Positions 26,322-39,698 of a stretch of DNA of 64,000 nucleotides are shown here, piece by piece. A program made the position numbers and the translations under genes. Each line of letters begins with the position of its first letter. Position 1 is the first letter of the stretch. The DNA lies in assembly GCA_030390025.1 (NCBI GenBank), contig JASTWF010000034.1:682001-746000 (forward strand), read 5' to 3'. The DNA comes from Squalus acanthias. Its lineage: Eukaryota. The notes under the pieces are model-generated. The model ran no database searches. It saw only the letters and a list, made by a program, of their open reading frames with translations, and was not told where the DNA came from.

Positions 26322-26482
26322 CAGTGAGTCGCAAGTCTCCGCTTTCTTCTGCACTTTCCCAGATTTCTTCATTCAGTTCAGCCTCTTCTTTTCGATAGCT
26401 CCTGTCCAATCTAAGAAGGGATCCTCGTCACTGTCGTAGCCATCCTCGGCCTCCCAGTGTTTAGATTTTCACTTCCGAGAAA
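26322..26482 (-). pseudogene. SLC4A1AP: Isolated pseudo-exon of kanadaptin (SLC4A1AP)
   Basis: 161-nt segment between AG acceptor and GT donor reads SRK*KSKHWEAEDGYDSDEDPFLDWTGAIEKKRLN*MKKSGKVQKKAETCDSL; matches my recollection of kanadaptin SRKRKAKNWEDEDFYDSDDDTFLDRTGLIEKKRLNRMKKAGKIDEKPETFESL; two TGA stops at Arg positions. Confidence 0.85.
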
Positions 26483-26639
26483 CTAGTAAGAAAGCAAATT
26501 GTGAGGCTGTTAGTCTTAGTTTTGGAGCACAAAACAACTACACAACTTTCTACTAATGATGAAAGTTCCTCCCTCTTAATCGATGTTACTAAAGTTCGTG
26601 TCATTGTGAGTGTGGGCTTGTGTGTATTGCTACAGTGAT

Positions 26640-28495
26640 TTCAAAGGCCTCCATCCCCTATCTCCAGCTTCACATCCCTCCGAGAACTCTGCGCACCTCG
26701 AATTCTGGCCTCTTTAGCATCTCCGATTTTAATCGCTCCACCATTGGTGGCTGTGCCTTCAGCTGCCCTAAGCTCTGTAATTCCCTCCCTAAACCTGTCC
26801 GCCTTTCTACCTCTCTCTCCTCCTTTAAGACTTTGCTTAAAACCTACCGTTGACCGAGGTTTTGATCATCGGCCCTAATATCACTTATAGATTCATAGAA
26901 TGGTTACATCATGGAAAAAGGCCATTCGGCCCGTCAAGCCCGTGCCGACTCTCAGCTAGTCCCACTCCCGTCCCTTTCGCCGTAGCCCTGCATTTTTTTT
27001 GGTTTCAGATACATATCCAACTCTCTTTTGAAAGATAAGATTGAGTCTGCTTCCACCACCCTTTCAGGCAGTGCATTCCAGACCCTAACCACACGCTGCA
27101 TAAAAAAGTATTTTCTTACATCACTTTTAGTTCTTTTGCCAATTACCTTAAATCTGTGTCCTCTGGTTGTTGACGCTTCTGCCAATGGGAACAGTTTCTC
27201 TCTATCTACTCTGTCCAGACCCCTCATGATTTTGAACACCTCTATCAAATCTCCTCTCAACCATCTCTGCTCCAAGGAGAACAACCCCAGCTTCTACAGA
27301 CTATCAAGTTACTGAAGTCCTTCGTTCCAGGAATCATTCTCGTAAATCTTTTCTGCACATTCTCTAAGACCTTCACATCCTCCCTAATGTGCGGTGCCCA
27401 GAATTGGACACAGTACTCCAGTTGGGGCCGATCCAGTGTTTTATACAGGTTCATCATAATTCCGAAACTTTTGTACTCTATACCTCTATTGATGAAGGCC
27501 ATCATCCAGTAAGCCTTTTTAACTGCTTTCTCTACGTGCCCTGCCACCTTCAACGATTTGTGTACTTATACCCATGGATCTCTCTGTTCTTGCACTCCCT
27601 TTAGGATGGTAACATTTAGTTTATATGTTCTCTCCTCATTCTTTCTACCAAGATGTATCAATTCACACGTTCCTGCATTAAATTTCATCTGCCACATGTC
27701 CGCCCATTTCACCAGCCTCTTTATGTCTTCCTGAATTCTATCACTATCCTCCTCACTGCTCACTATACTTCCAAGTTTATTTCATTTGCAAATTTTGAAA
27801 TTGTGCCCTGTACACTCACGTCCTAGTCATTAATATATATCAAGAAAAGCAGTGTTCCTAGAACCGACCCCTGGGGAACACCATTGTATAACGTTGTACC
27901 TTTTTCCAGTCCGAAAAAGAACCGTTCACCACTACTCTCTGTTTCCTGTCACTTAGCCAATTTCGTATCCCGCTGCCACTGTCCCTTTTATTCCATGGGC
28001 TTCAACTTTGCTGGCGAGCCTATTATGTGGCACTTTGTCGAACTCCTTTTGGAAATCCATGTACACTACCTCAACCGCATTACCCTCATCAACCCTCTCT
28101 GTTACCTCATCAAAGAATCTGGATCAAGTTGGTTAAACACGATTTGCATTCAACAAATCCGTGCTTGCTTTCCTTAATTAATCCACACCTATCCAAGTGA
28201 CTGCTAATTGTGTCCCTGATTACTGTTTCTTAAAGCTTCCCCACTACCGAGGTTAAACTGACTGACCTGTACTTGCTGGGTTTATCTTTACACCCTTTTT
28301 GGAACAATGGCGTAACGTTTGCAATTCTCCGGTCCTCTGGCACCACCCCCTGTATCTATGGAGGATTGGAATATTATGGGCAATACCCCCGCGATTTCTG
28401 CCCCTAATTCCCTCAGCATCCTAGGATGCCTCCCATCCGCTCCTGGTGATTAATCTACTTTAGGTACAACCGCCATTCTAATGCCTCATCTTTAT
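26640..28495. mobile_element. L2 3' fragment (+, about 26640-26885) abutting a CR1 fragment (-, about 26886-28495)
   Basis: PPRTLRTSNSGLF...TSLSSFKTLLKTY on +; EQRWLRGDLIEVFKIM and RPQLEYCVQFW on -. Confidence 0.85.
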
Positions 28496-29379
28496 GCTGG
28501 ACTTACCACATCACGTCAATTAATAAAAAATCTTGTTATTCATCTTTGGGATAGGTGACAGGACGTTTATTTTTTTTTCCATTAAATGTTTGTTCCTATG
28601 TCAGAGAAGTACCTGTAGAAGATAAAGGGGCAGAATATTCATGGGGCAACCGCCCTCCAGGGATTGACTGAAACAACCAGATTTTGGGCAGAATCCATCT
28701 TAAAATCCCACAGATCTTTGTGTCAATAATCCAAGAGGAATGTGTGCGGTAAAACAGGTTTTTCTATCAGGAATGGAGGTGGAATAATGAGGAAAATAAG
28801 ATGTTCGTAATTCAAAGGGAATGGAATCTGCTTCGCTCTAGAGTTTGGGTGCTTGGTTTCTCTGCCTCATAGAGTGATTAAAGTGTTGGTCCAATCTATG
28901 TATAGCAGCCTGACACCATCTACGGGGCTGGAGGCATCTGGCTGCTGTTTCCAGACAGCCTCAAAGATGTAATGGACTAGTGTGGGGAGAAAATGTCTAT
29001 TTACCGTTTTATCCTCCTTCACTTTATTTACAGTCCCTCTCAGAACCCCCGACCAGAGGGGCACAGCTACAAGGGTTACTGACAGATTCTTCATACACCC
29101 TTCAAAATGGGACACCACCTGGAGAAACATCAACTGGGAGACACCGTTAGCTCACTCCCCCTAATTTCCCTGCCATTACAATATCCTGGGCTTTTTCTAG
29201 GCGCAGATGCTCCAACCCACTTCCCCAGGGGAAACCTTGGGAATCCTAGGGATGGAGGGACAGCATCACATGTCTCCACCTCGTTTTCCATAACTTTGCA
29301 CCTGGGGCAAGAAATCTCCAGACGCAAAGAGGAATTCAGGGGCCTGAATCACACCCAACGATTCTTCCTCCTGCCCATG

Positions 29380-30280
29380 TATGACGCAATCCTGGGCATT
29401 GACTATCATTCACTGATCATTATATAAACATGGTATCCCTCTGTGACATCATCAGGAATCATGTGACCAGCTTCCCAGTGCAGCCAACCACACTCTCCGC
29501 CTCCACAACTGACCCCATTTTGTTCCCACTCTTCAACTGACTGTCCAACAGTGAAATATTGATGTGATAAAAGCCAGCCCAGATAAATGGCGGGCTACTG
29601 AAGCCGTCCTCTTTGACTCCCTCAAGCACCATCGCAATATCAGCATTGACTCGATCAGTCTCCCCACTGCAACCTGAGGCTAAGCCAGATGTGTGGAGCC
29701 TTTGTGTCCTTCTCGAGAGAACAACTTCCTCCCCCCACACCCAATCCATTACCAGCCTGTTAGCTCTCACCTCCAAAACATTGCCTGCTCCCTCTCTGCT
29801 GCCAATACCCCAATGCAGCCTTCAGACTCTCAATGCCCAACCTCTACAGTGCTCTCCCTGCGAACCTCCCCACTACTGCCCTCCACAAACTAAAAGGTAT
29901 CCCGAATGGCACTGTGCAAGGCCTGCCCTGGATAACGTCATGGCCCCTGTTTTCTGCCTTCATGTGAAGTCCCACTCGCTCCATGTGCTCTAGTGAATTG
30001 ATCTGAAGATGATTTCCCAACCCTTCCAATTCCTTCGTGCCTGACTTCCTCACTATCTCTGCGATCTCCTCCAGCCTCATATCACTGTACTTACTCTCCA
30101 TCCCTCTCCCTGCTCCTGTGGTACAGCATTACTCCTCAGTACCCGCTCCGCTGTCTCTGCCATTGGCAGACGTTGTTCAAGGACAGGCACCCAGAGCATC
30201 TGGAACACCCGCACACAACCTGTCACCTCTCGACCTTCATTAAAAACCCTCCTCAAAAACCCCCTCTCTCTCACAAGGCA
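29380..30280 (+). mobile_element. Old, heavily decayed L2 ORF2 fragment
   Basis: Scattered frames give TEAVLFDS (cf. TEAIVFGP), HSLHVL**IDLKM (cf. HWLPVRQRIDFKI) and PHYLCDLLQP (cf. PPYLCNLLQP) in the expected order. Confidence 0.55.
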
Positions 30281-31426
30281 CTCAACACCCTACCCCACTT
30301 TACCCTTTCGCACATCTGCTTGGCGCCAGTCGGTGCGCCCTACCACGTATAAGGTTCTGTGCCAGCTCTCTTGGTTTGTGCGCAGTCTGTGCTCCCTGCC
30401 CTGTAGAGTCTTCTGAGACGCCTTTAATACAAGTTGTCATGGTAGAAGTGGGTGGCCAGTTTGATGAAGGACGATAGTGCGTTGATTGTTCACACCGTGC
30501 CGTGGCTGGCCCTCGTTTCACGCCTTACCCTCCTAATCGCACAGTAAGCCGTAATGGCAAGTTGCTTCCCCAGATGAGGGGAGGAACCATCACAGGCCGA
30601 TAAATACTGGGCAGCTGGCCTACAACTTCGAGGCGCCGGGAAGAGTTGGAATCTTTATCTGGGATACAATAGAACTATTCTAGTGACTCTGATTATATTT
30701 AATTTCACTACGTTTGTAATTAATAACATTTGATTGAATTATTTTAACATTAAACTGTTCTTTTCTGTCCTTTCCCCCGTGTGCATGGACTAAACTCACT
30801 CACAGTGTCCGCTGCCAACTCCAGCTCCTGCCCACGTTAACGACAACTGATTAATTGTAACCAGGGGCTAAAACCTGTCTTCAGCTGACATCACAAAGGG
30901 AGCCAGCATCCAATCACACAGTAACCAGCGCAGGCCCCGCCCACTGGCGGTATGACAGGGTCACATGGCCAGGCTCTGCTCCTGCTGCCGTCTCACTGGA
31001 CTGGAGCACAGGTTGCAGGATCTGTCCAGTTGTGTTATGGCCCTATCTCTGACACAGGCTTCTGTCTAACGACGTCCCAGCCACAGGGCACAGACCCTAA
31101 TAATAGGTTTTGTGAATCTTGTGTCCCGACCTCGTATTGCAAAGTCTCACTATTCAATGCCCGTGCACCACTCATCTGCATCCTCCATCATCAAACCGAA
31201 GATCCGGCAAGTTGATGTTTTTGAGGCAGAATGCGGTAAAGAGATATTCGGCTCCTGAATTAGGAAAATGTCCCAAGGGCAGTGTTGGTGACCGAACATT
31301 GATGAGCAAGATGGACGTTGAAATTGTGACTGGTCATGCCCTACCTCTTTGGCATCACTCTCTTGTCTTTTGTAAATCCTGCAAATGTGGTGTCAGGAAA
31401 CTCATGTCTTCCGGAGGCCAGACAAT

Positions 31427-31648
31427 GGCCTTGAATTTCCGATCGGAGGCTTCCTGCGGGCGGATGCCACCGAACAGAAAAAATTCTACGAACCTACCTG
31501 CTGTTTCCGTAGATACCCAGGCTTGCGATACTGGGCCCCTCCTCTTGGAAATGCGCAGAGGCCCACGTATCCCAGGTGCGCATGCGGTTTGCAAGCACCC
31601 CTGGGATCACGTGAGCCAGCTCAATCAATTGAAGTAGGTAATCCCCCT
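31427..31648. mobile_element. Possible end of a Harbinger-like DNA element, truncated by a CR1 insertion
   Basis: Starts GGCCTTGAATTTCC, resembling the TIR of the MITE at 58913; CpG-rich; the other end was not found. Confidence 0.35.
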
Positions 31649-34600
31649 TCATAAGAACATAAGGACAGAAGAAGAATATCAGGATTAGGCCATTGGCTGA
31701 TCATCGACCTCATCACCACTTTCCCGCCCGATCTCCATATCCCTTGATTCCCCTAGAGTCCAAAAATCTACCAATCTTAGCCTTGAATATACTCAAAGAT
31801 TCAGCATTTACAGCCCTCTGGGACAGAGAATTCCAAAGATTCACAACACTCCAAGGGAAAAAATTCCTCCTAATCTCAGTCTTAAATGGCCTACCTCTTA
31901 TCCGGAGACTAGGCTCCCTAGTTCTAGACACTTCAGCCAGGGTAAACACCTCTCAGCATCTACCCTGTCAATCCCCTTCAGAATCTTGTATGTTTCAATG
32001 AGATCACCTCTCATTCTTCTAAACTCCAGAGGGTATAGGCCCATTCTACACAATCTCTCTTCATAGGACAGGTCTCTCATCCCAGGAATCAATCTAGTGA
32101 AACTTTGTTGCACCGCCTCCAAGGGAAATATATCCTTCCTTAGATAAGGGACCAAAACTGTGCAGAGTACTCCAGGTGTGGTCTCACCAAGGCCATGTAC
32201 AATTGAAGCAAGACTTCCTTACTCTTATACTACAACCCCCTTGCAATAAAGGCCAACATGCCATTTGCCTTCCTTGTTGCTTGCTGTACCTGCATGCTAG
32301 CTTTCTGTGTTTCTTGCATGAGGACAACCACATCTCTCTGAACACCAACATTTAAAAATTCTCACCATTTAAAAATATTCTGTTTTTCTATTCTTCCTAC
32401 CAAGGTGAATAACCTCACATTTCCCGACATTATACTCCATCTGCCACCTTACTGCCCACTCACTTAGTCTATCTATATCACTTTGCAGACTCTTTGTGTT
32501 CTCCTCACAGCTTACTGTCACACCTAACTTTGTACCATCAGCAAACTTTGATACATTACACTCGGTCTCTTCATCTAGGACATTAAATTAGATTGTAAAT
32601 AGCTGAGGCCCCCAACACTGATCCTTGCGGCACACCACTAGTTACAGCCTGCCAACCTTTTATCCTTACTCTGTGTTTTCTGCCCATTAACCAATCCTCT
32701 ATCCATGCAACTATATTACCCCAAGCCCATGAGCCCTAATCTTGTGTAATAAGCTTTTATGTGGCCAGTTACATCCTCAAAAAACTAATACATTTGTCAA
32801 ACATGATTTCCCTTTCATAAAATCATGTTGACTCTACCTAATCATGTCATGATTTTCTAAGTGACTTGATACCGCTTCCTTAACAATGGCTTCCAGCATT
32901 TTCCCGACGACTGCTGTCAGGCTAACTGGCCTGTAGTTCCCTGGTTTTTCTCTCCCTCCTATCTTGAATAGCGGTGTTAGATTTGCGACCTTCCAATCCG
33001 CTGGGACCATTCCAGAATCTAGGGAATTTTGGAAGATCAAAACCAATGCGTCCACTATCTCTTCAGCCACCGCTTTTAGAACCCTAGGATGTAGGCCATC
33101 AGGTCCAGGGGATTTGTCGGCTTTTAGTCCCATTAGTTTCTCTAGTACTTTTTCTCTACTTATATTAATTACATTAAGTTCCACACGCTCATTAGATCCT
33201 TGGTTCCCCACCACTTTTGGTATGCTTTTTGTGTCTTCTACTGTGAAGATAGATACAAAATATTTGTTTAACGTTTCTGCCATTTCCTTATTCTCCATAA
33301 TAATTTCTCCTGTCTCAGCCTCTAAGGGACCAACGTTTACTTTTGCAACTTTTTTCCTTTTTACATACTGTAGAACTCTTACAATCTGCTTTTATTTTTT
33401 CTTATCAGTTTTCTCCCATATTCTATTTTTTCCCTTTTCATCAATTTTTTGGTCAACCTTTGCTGGTTTCTGAAACTTTCCCAATCCTCCGGTTTACTAT
33501 TATTCTTTGCAACATTATAAGCTTCTTATTTCAATCTAATGCTATCCTTAACTTAATTAGTTAGCCACGGTTGGATCACATTTCCCTTGGAGTTAATGTT
33601 TCTCAATGGAATTTATTTTTGTTGAGAATTATGAAATATTTCTTTAAATGCTAGCCACTGCTTATCTACCGCCATACCTTTTAATCTATTTTTCCAATCT
33701 ACCTTAGCTAACTCGCCCCTCATACCTATGTAATTGGCTTCATTTAAGTTTAAGACTCTAGTTTCAGACTTAGGCAAGTCACTCTCAAAATTAATGTAAA
33801 ATTCTATCATATTATGATGACTCTGGCCCAGAGGATCCTTTACTATGAGATTGCTAATTAACCCTTTCTTATTTGACAATACAAGATCTAAAATAGCCTC
33901 GTCCCTCGTTGGTTCCATGACATTTTGTTCTAGGAATCTTTCCCGAATGCATTCCATGAACACGTCCTCCAGACTACCTTTGCCAATTTTATTTGTCCAG
34001 TCTATATGAAGATTAAAGTCCCCCAAGATTATTGCCTTACATTTGTTGCAAGCTCCTGCTATTTTTTGATTAATATTCTGTTCAACGGTGTAGCTACTGT
34101 TAGGGGGCCTATATAAGATGCCTATCAGTATTTTCTGCCCCTTGTTATTCCTTATCTCCAGCCATACTTATTCTATTTCCTGATCTTCCGAGCCGAGTTC
34201 CTTTCTCGCTACTGTCCTTACGTCATCCTTTATTATCAGCGCTACTCCCCTCCTTTTCCATTCTGCCTCTCTTTTCGAAACGTCTAGTACCCTGGAACAT
34301 TTAGTCCCCAACCTTGGCCACCTTGCAACCATGTCTCTGTAATGGCTATTAGAGCAAACCCATTTATCTCTATGTCTGCCACTAGTTCATCTATCTTGTT
34401 ACGAATGCTTCGTGTATTCAGATAAAAAGCCTTTAATTTAAATTTATAACCATTATTCCCTGCTTTGACCTTATTCTCTGCTGCACTGCTACCATTCAAC
34501 TCTCTGTCCCTTCCTGTCACTCTCTGCTTATTTTTACCCAAATCGCTACACTGCTGTAGTGCCTTGACCTTTCTCTTTAGATTTCTAAATTTCCCCTCAC

Positions 34601-35520
34601 CTGACCCCTCCCCCCTTTTTTAGTTTAAAGCTCTATCTATAGCCCTCGTTATTCAATTCGCCAGGACGCTGGTTCCAGCCCGGTTTAAGTGGAGCCCATC
34701 CCGATGGAACAGCTCCCTCTTTCCCCAGTACTGGTACCAGTGCCCCATGAAATGGAACCCCTTTTTTCCACAGCACTCTTTGAGGCACGCATTTAACTCT
34801 CTGATCTGCTTGAACCTATGCCAATTTGCAAGTGGCTCAGGTAGTAATCCTGAGATTATTACCCTTGTGGTTCTGCTTATTAATTTAGACCCTAGCTCAT
34901 CAAACTACCTCATTCTTAGTTCTACCAATGTCGTTGGTTCCAACATGGAACACGACAACTGAATCCTTCCCCGCCTACTCCAAGTTCTTCTCCAGCTGCG
35001 AGGAGATATCCTAAACGCAGGATCCGGGCAGGCAACACAGCCTTTGGGACTCTCTTTCACGGCAGCAGAGAAGTGTATCTATCCCGCTGACTATACTCTC
35101 CCCTACTACTACCACATTCCTTCCTTCTCCCCCAACTTGGATGTCCCCCTATACCACAGTACTGTGGTCAGTTTGCCCATCCTCCCTGCAGTCCTTTTCC
35201 TCATCCACACAGGTAGAAAGTACCTCGTACCTGTTGGACAAGATCCAGGGCTGATGCTCCTCCATCACTACATCCTGGCTCCGTGTGCCTTCCTGACTCT
35301 CAGTCACACCCTCCTATCCCTGACCACTGACGAACTCTAAAGTACTACTTATCCTAAAGGGTGAGACTGCCTCCTGGAACAAAGTATCCCCCTCCCTGAT
35401 GTATCGCAAGGTTTGCAGCTCGTACTCCAGCTCAACAATTCTGAGCCGAAGTTCCTCGAGTTACAGACACTTACTGCAGATGTGGTTGCTCGGGATCGCG
35501 ATGCTGTCCACAGTCTCCCA
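31649..35520 (-). mobile_element. Near full-length degenerate CR1 LINE
   Basis: 3' tail cataagaacataag at 31650; RT-region ORF 32834-33298; APE ORFs 33613-34026 and 34284-34541 (AITETWL); ORF1 esterase (RDGLHLN) and zinc-finger remnants near 34700 and 35480. Confidence 0.9.
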
Positions 35521-36040
35521 CAGGGAGAGAGACAGAGAGGGCGAGAGAGAGATGGAGAGAGTCAGAAAGAGAGACAGGGAGAGGTAGATTCAGAGGGGGA
35601 GCAATAGAGGGAGGCATAGAGAGACAGAAAGCCAGAAATAGAGAGACTGAGTGAGAGAGAGAGAGAGAAAGGCAGAGCGACTGAGTGTTAAAGGGAGATA
35701 GATAGAGTGACAGAGAGAGCTACAGCGAAAAAGACGGAGAGAGAGAGCGAGAGTAAACATACAGTGACTGAGAGAGGGCAGAGGGATAGATGGACAGGTG
35801 TACAGAGTGAGACACAGACTGATTGAGAATGGCAGAGAGAGAGAGAGAGACAGAGTCAGAGATAGAAGGCGACATCGAGACTGAAACAAAGAGACAGGGA
35901 GAAACAGCAGTGAGAGAGAGAGAGACAAGGGGAGAGAGAGCTAGAGAAAGTGAGAAAGATAGAGATAGAGGGAGACAGAGAGAGAGTGCGGCAGACAGAG
36001 AGACTGAGATACATAGAGGGATGGTGAGAGAGAGTGAGAC

Positions 36041-36089
<49 letters not shown>

Positions 36090-39000
36090 AGGAGACAGAG
36101 AGAGAGAGACAGACAAAGAGAGAGACAGCGAAGAGACTGATATAGAGAGGCAGAAAGAGAGACCAAGATGGAGACAGAGACAGGGGGAAGCATAAAGACA
36201 GATCTAGAAAGGGAAATGGGAGACAGTGAGAAACAGAGTCTGAGAGAGAGAGAGGCAATGAGAAGGAGAGAAGGAAAGAAGAGGAGAGAGAGACAAAAAA
36301 ACAGTGAGAAAATGAAAGAGAGAGACTGAGAGACAGAGGTAGAGAGTGAGGGAAACACAGAGACAGAGAAGAGCAGAAAGAGAGGGAGAGAGACAGAGAT
36401 GAGGAGACAACATTATATTGAAAGATAGAGAGAGAGAAAGTGAGACAATGAGAGAAAAATAGAGAGAAACGCAAAGAGATAGGCAGGAACAGACAAAAAG
36501 ATTGACAGAGCCAGAGTGTGCGAGCCAGATGGGGAGAGTCAAAGGGGGAGATCTAGAGGGGGAGAGCCAGAGGGGGAGAGCCAGACGGGGAGAGCCAGAG
36601 GGACGGACGCAGGACAGAAAGAGGGTGGATAAAAGAGAGACTGAAGGAGAGACAGAGAGAGCAAGGGAGGGGGAATGGAAGAGAGACAAGGAGAAACAAA
36701 CAGATTGGGAGAGACAGAAAGATTCAGAGTGAGAGACAGGGACAGATACAGAGAGATGGACAGAAACAGAGAGAGAGAGTAAGAAATGAGAGTATGATAG
36801 ACAGAGTGCGGGAGGGCGAAAACAGTGAGAAAGAAAGAGTGACAGATAGCGAGTGAGAGGCAGTTAGTAAGAGAGGGAGGGAGAAAAAGAGAGAAAATGG
36901 GGGATAGAAATGTAGAAAGAGAATAGCGAGAGCGACACAGAAAGGGAGGGAGAGAAGAGGAATTATGCAGTGCGTGAGCGATAGGCAGAGCAATAGATAC
37001 AGAGAGAGAGATACAGAGTGGGACAGAGAGCGAGAGAGACAGAGAGAGAGAGGCAGAGAGAGAGTGACAGAGCAAGAAGGAGACAGAGAGAGAGAGAAAG
37101 AGACAGATACAGTGATGTGGGGAGAAACAGAGAGACAGAAAGGAAGACAGGGAGAGACAGCGAGATAAAGAGAGTCAGGGGAGGAGGTTCAGGGGAGATG
37201 GGGCAGATGGGGGCGGGGAAGACGGGGGGAGGGGGTGAGAGACGCATATTGGGAGTGAACAATAGAGACAGACATAGAGAAACTGCGAGAGAGAGAAATA
37301 GAAATAGTGTTAGAGGGAGGCGGAGCTGGAGAGGGAGGGACAGACAAGATGGAGGGACACAAGGATAGTGAGAGAGACAGAGACCGAGCCAAGAGGAAAC
37401 GTGCGAGACGGGGGGGGGGGGGGGGGGGCAGACAGACAGATAAACAGAGATTATGGCTAGAGAAAGTGACCAACAGAGACAGAGAGGGGCAGAGGGAGAG
37501 AGACAAACAGAGACAAACATTCAGAGAGACAGATAGTCAGAAAGAGAGAGAGAGAGACATACATACATACAGCCAGATAGATGGAGACAGAGAGCGACAG
37601 AGAGAGAGAGAGAGAGACATAGACAGAGACAGAGGAAAGCGAGGGAGACAGGGAGAGAGATACATTCAGAGACAGGGAAAGACAGCTCGGAGTGAGAAAG
37701 ACAGAGACACAGAGAAAGAATGCTGGAGACAGAGAAATAGAGGAGGAGAGACTGGGGCAGAGAGACATTGTCACAGAAAGGCAGTGAGGGAGACAGGAAC
37801 AGGGGGAGGGAGGGAGGGAGAGACAGACAGAGATAAGTAGGATCAGAGGGGGAGTAATAGACAGGGGCATAGAGAGACAGAAATCGATAGACAGAGAGAG
37901 TGAGAGTGAGAGAGAGGGAATGGCAGAGCGACTGAGAGTTAGAGGGAGAGAGATACAGCGACAAAGATGGAGAGAGAAAGAGAGAAAGATAGAGTAAATA
38001 TACAGTGACAGGGAGAGAGATAGATGGAGCGATGTACAGTGTGAGACACAGACTGATTGTGAGTGGCAGAGAGAGAGAGACAGAGATAGAAGGGGACATA
38101 GAGATTGAAATAAAGAGACAGAGGGAGAAACAGAGAGAGAGAGAGCAAGAGAAAGTGAGACAGCTAGAGATAGAGAGTGAGACACAGAGAGAGAACGACA
38201 GAAAAAGAGAGAGAGACAGGAGAGAGACTGAGATACAGAGCAGAGACAAAGAGAGACAGAGAGTGATGGAGAGAGAGAGAGTGTGACAGATAGATTGAGA
38301 GAGATAGAAGAGGAGACTGAGAGAGAGAGACAGACAGAGAGAGAGAGAGAGCGAAGAGTCTGACACCGAGATGTAGAAAGAGAGAGACCAAGATGGAGAC
38401 AGAGACAGAGGGAGGCATAAAGACAGAGCTAGAAAGGGAAATGGAAGGCAGAGAGAAACAGAGGCTGAGAGAGACAGAGGCAGGGAGAGAGAGAGAATGA
38501 AAGAAGAGAAGAGAGTGATCAAATGAATGAGTGAGACTGAGAGACAGGGAAGAGCAGAAAGAGAATAAGATGACAGAGATGAGAAGAGAAAAGTACATTG
38601 AAAGATAGAGAGAGGAAAAGTGAGACAATGACAGAAAGATAGAGAGAAACACAGAGAGATGGGCAGAACAGACAAGAAGATTGACAGAGTCAGAGAGGGA
38701 GAACCAGAGAGAGAGACAGAGACAGAAAAAGAAGGGGAGAGAGGAAGAAAGAGACCGAGACAGATAGAGGGGCCGAGAGAGAGAAACAGAATGAGAGATA
38801 GAGCGAGAGCGGGTGAATAAAAGAGAGATGAGGAGAAACAAACAGATTGATTCAGAGGGATTCAGAACGAGAGACAGGGATAGATATAGAGAGATGGACA
38901 GAAACACAGAGAGAGAGAGAGAGAGTAAGACATGAGAGTAAGACTGAGTGCTGAGAAACAGAGAGAGAGAAAGAAGGAGTGACAGACAGAGAGAGTGAGA

Positions 39001-39647
39001 CAGGGAGGGAGAGAAAGAGAGAGAAAACGAGAGTTAGAGATGTAGGCAGAGAATAAAAAGAGCGACAGAGAAGGGGAGAGAGAGGTAGACAGAGGGAGAG
39101 AAGAGCAAATATGCAGTGTGAGAGCGATAGGCGGAGTAATAAATAGTGAGAGAGATACAGGGTGGGACAGGAGAGAGTGAGGGAGACAGAGAGAGAGAGA
39201 CAGGCTGAGAGAGAGAGACAGAGAGAGGCAGACAGGGAGAGAAATTGCGAGATAAGGGGAGTCGGGGGAAGGGGAGTCGGGGTAAGGGCGAGTTAACTTG
39301 GGGCAGGCAGATTAGGGGCAGATGGGGAGGGGGCGAGAGATGCATATTGGGAGTAAATAATAGAGACAGACAGACAGAGACTGCGAGAGAGAAAAAATGA
39401 AATGTTAGAGGGAGCCGCAGCTCGAGAAGGAGGGACATACAAGATGGGACACGGGATAGTGAGAGCGACAGAGACCAATACAAGAGGAAATGTGCGAGAA
39501 GGGGAGACAGAGACAGGCACAGACAGATAAACAGAGATTGTGGGCAAAGAAAGAGACCAACAGAGACAGAGAGGGACAGAGTGAGAGAGAGAAAAACAGA
39601 CAGATATTCAGAAAGAGACAGACTGACAACCATACAAACAGCCAGAC

Positions 39648-39698
<51 letters not shown>

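Noticed and set aside
30300..31426. Possible transposase or host exon remnants
   Set aside because: Translating most of this stretch by hand in several frames gave no convincing motif; left unassigned pending BLASTx
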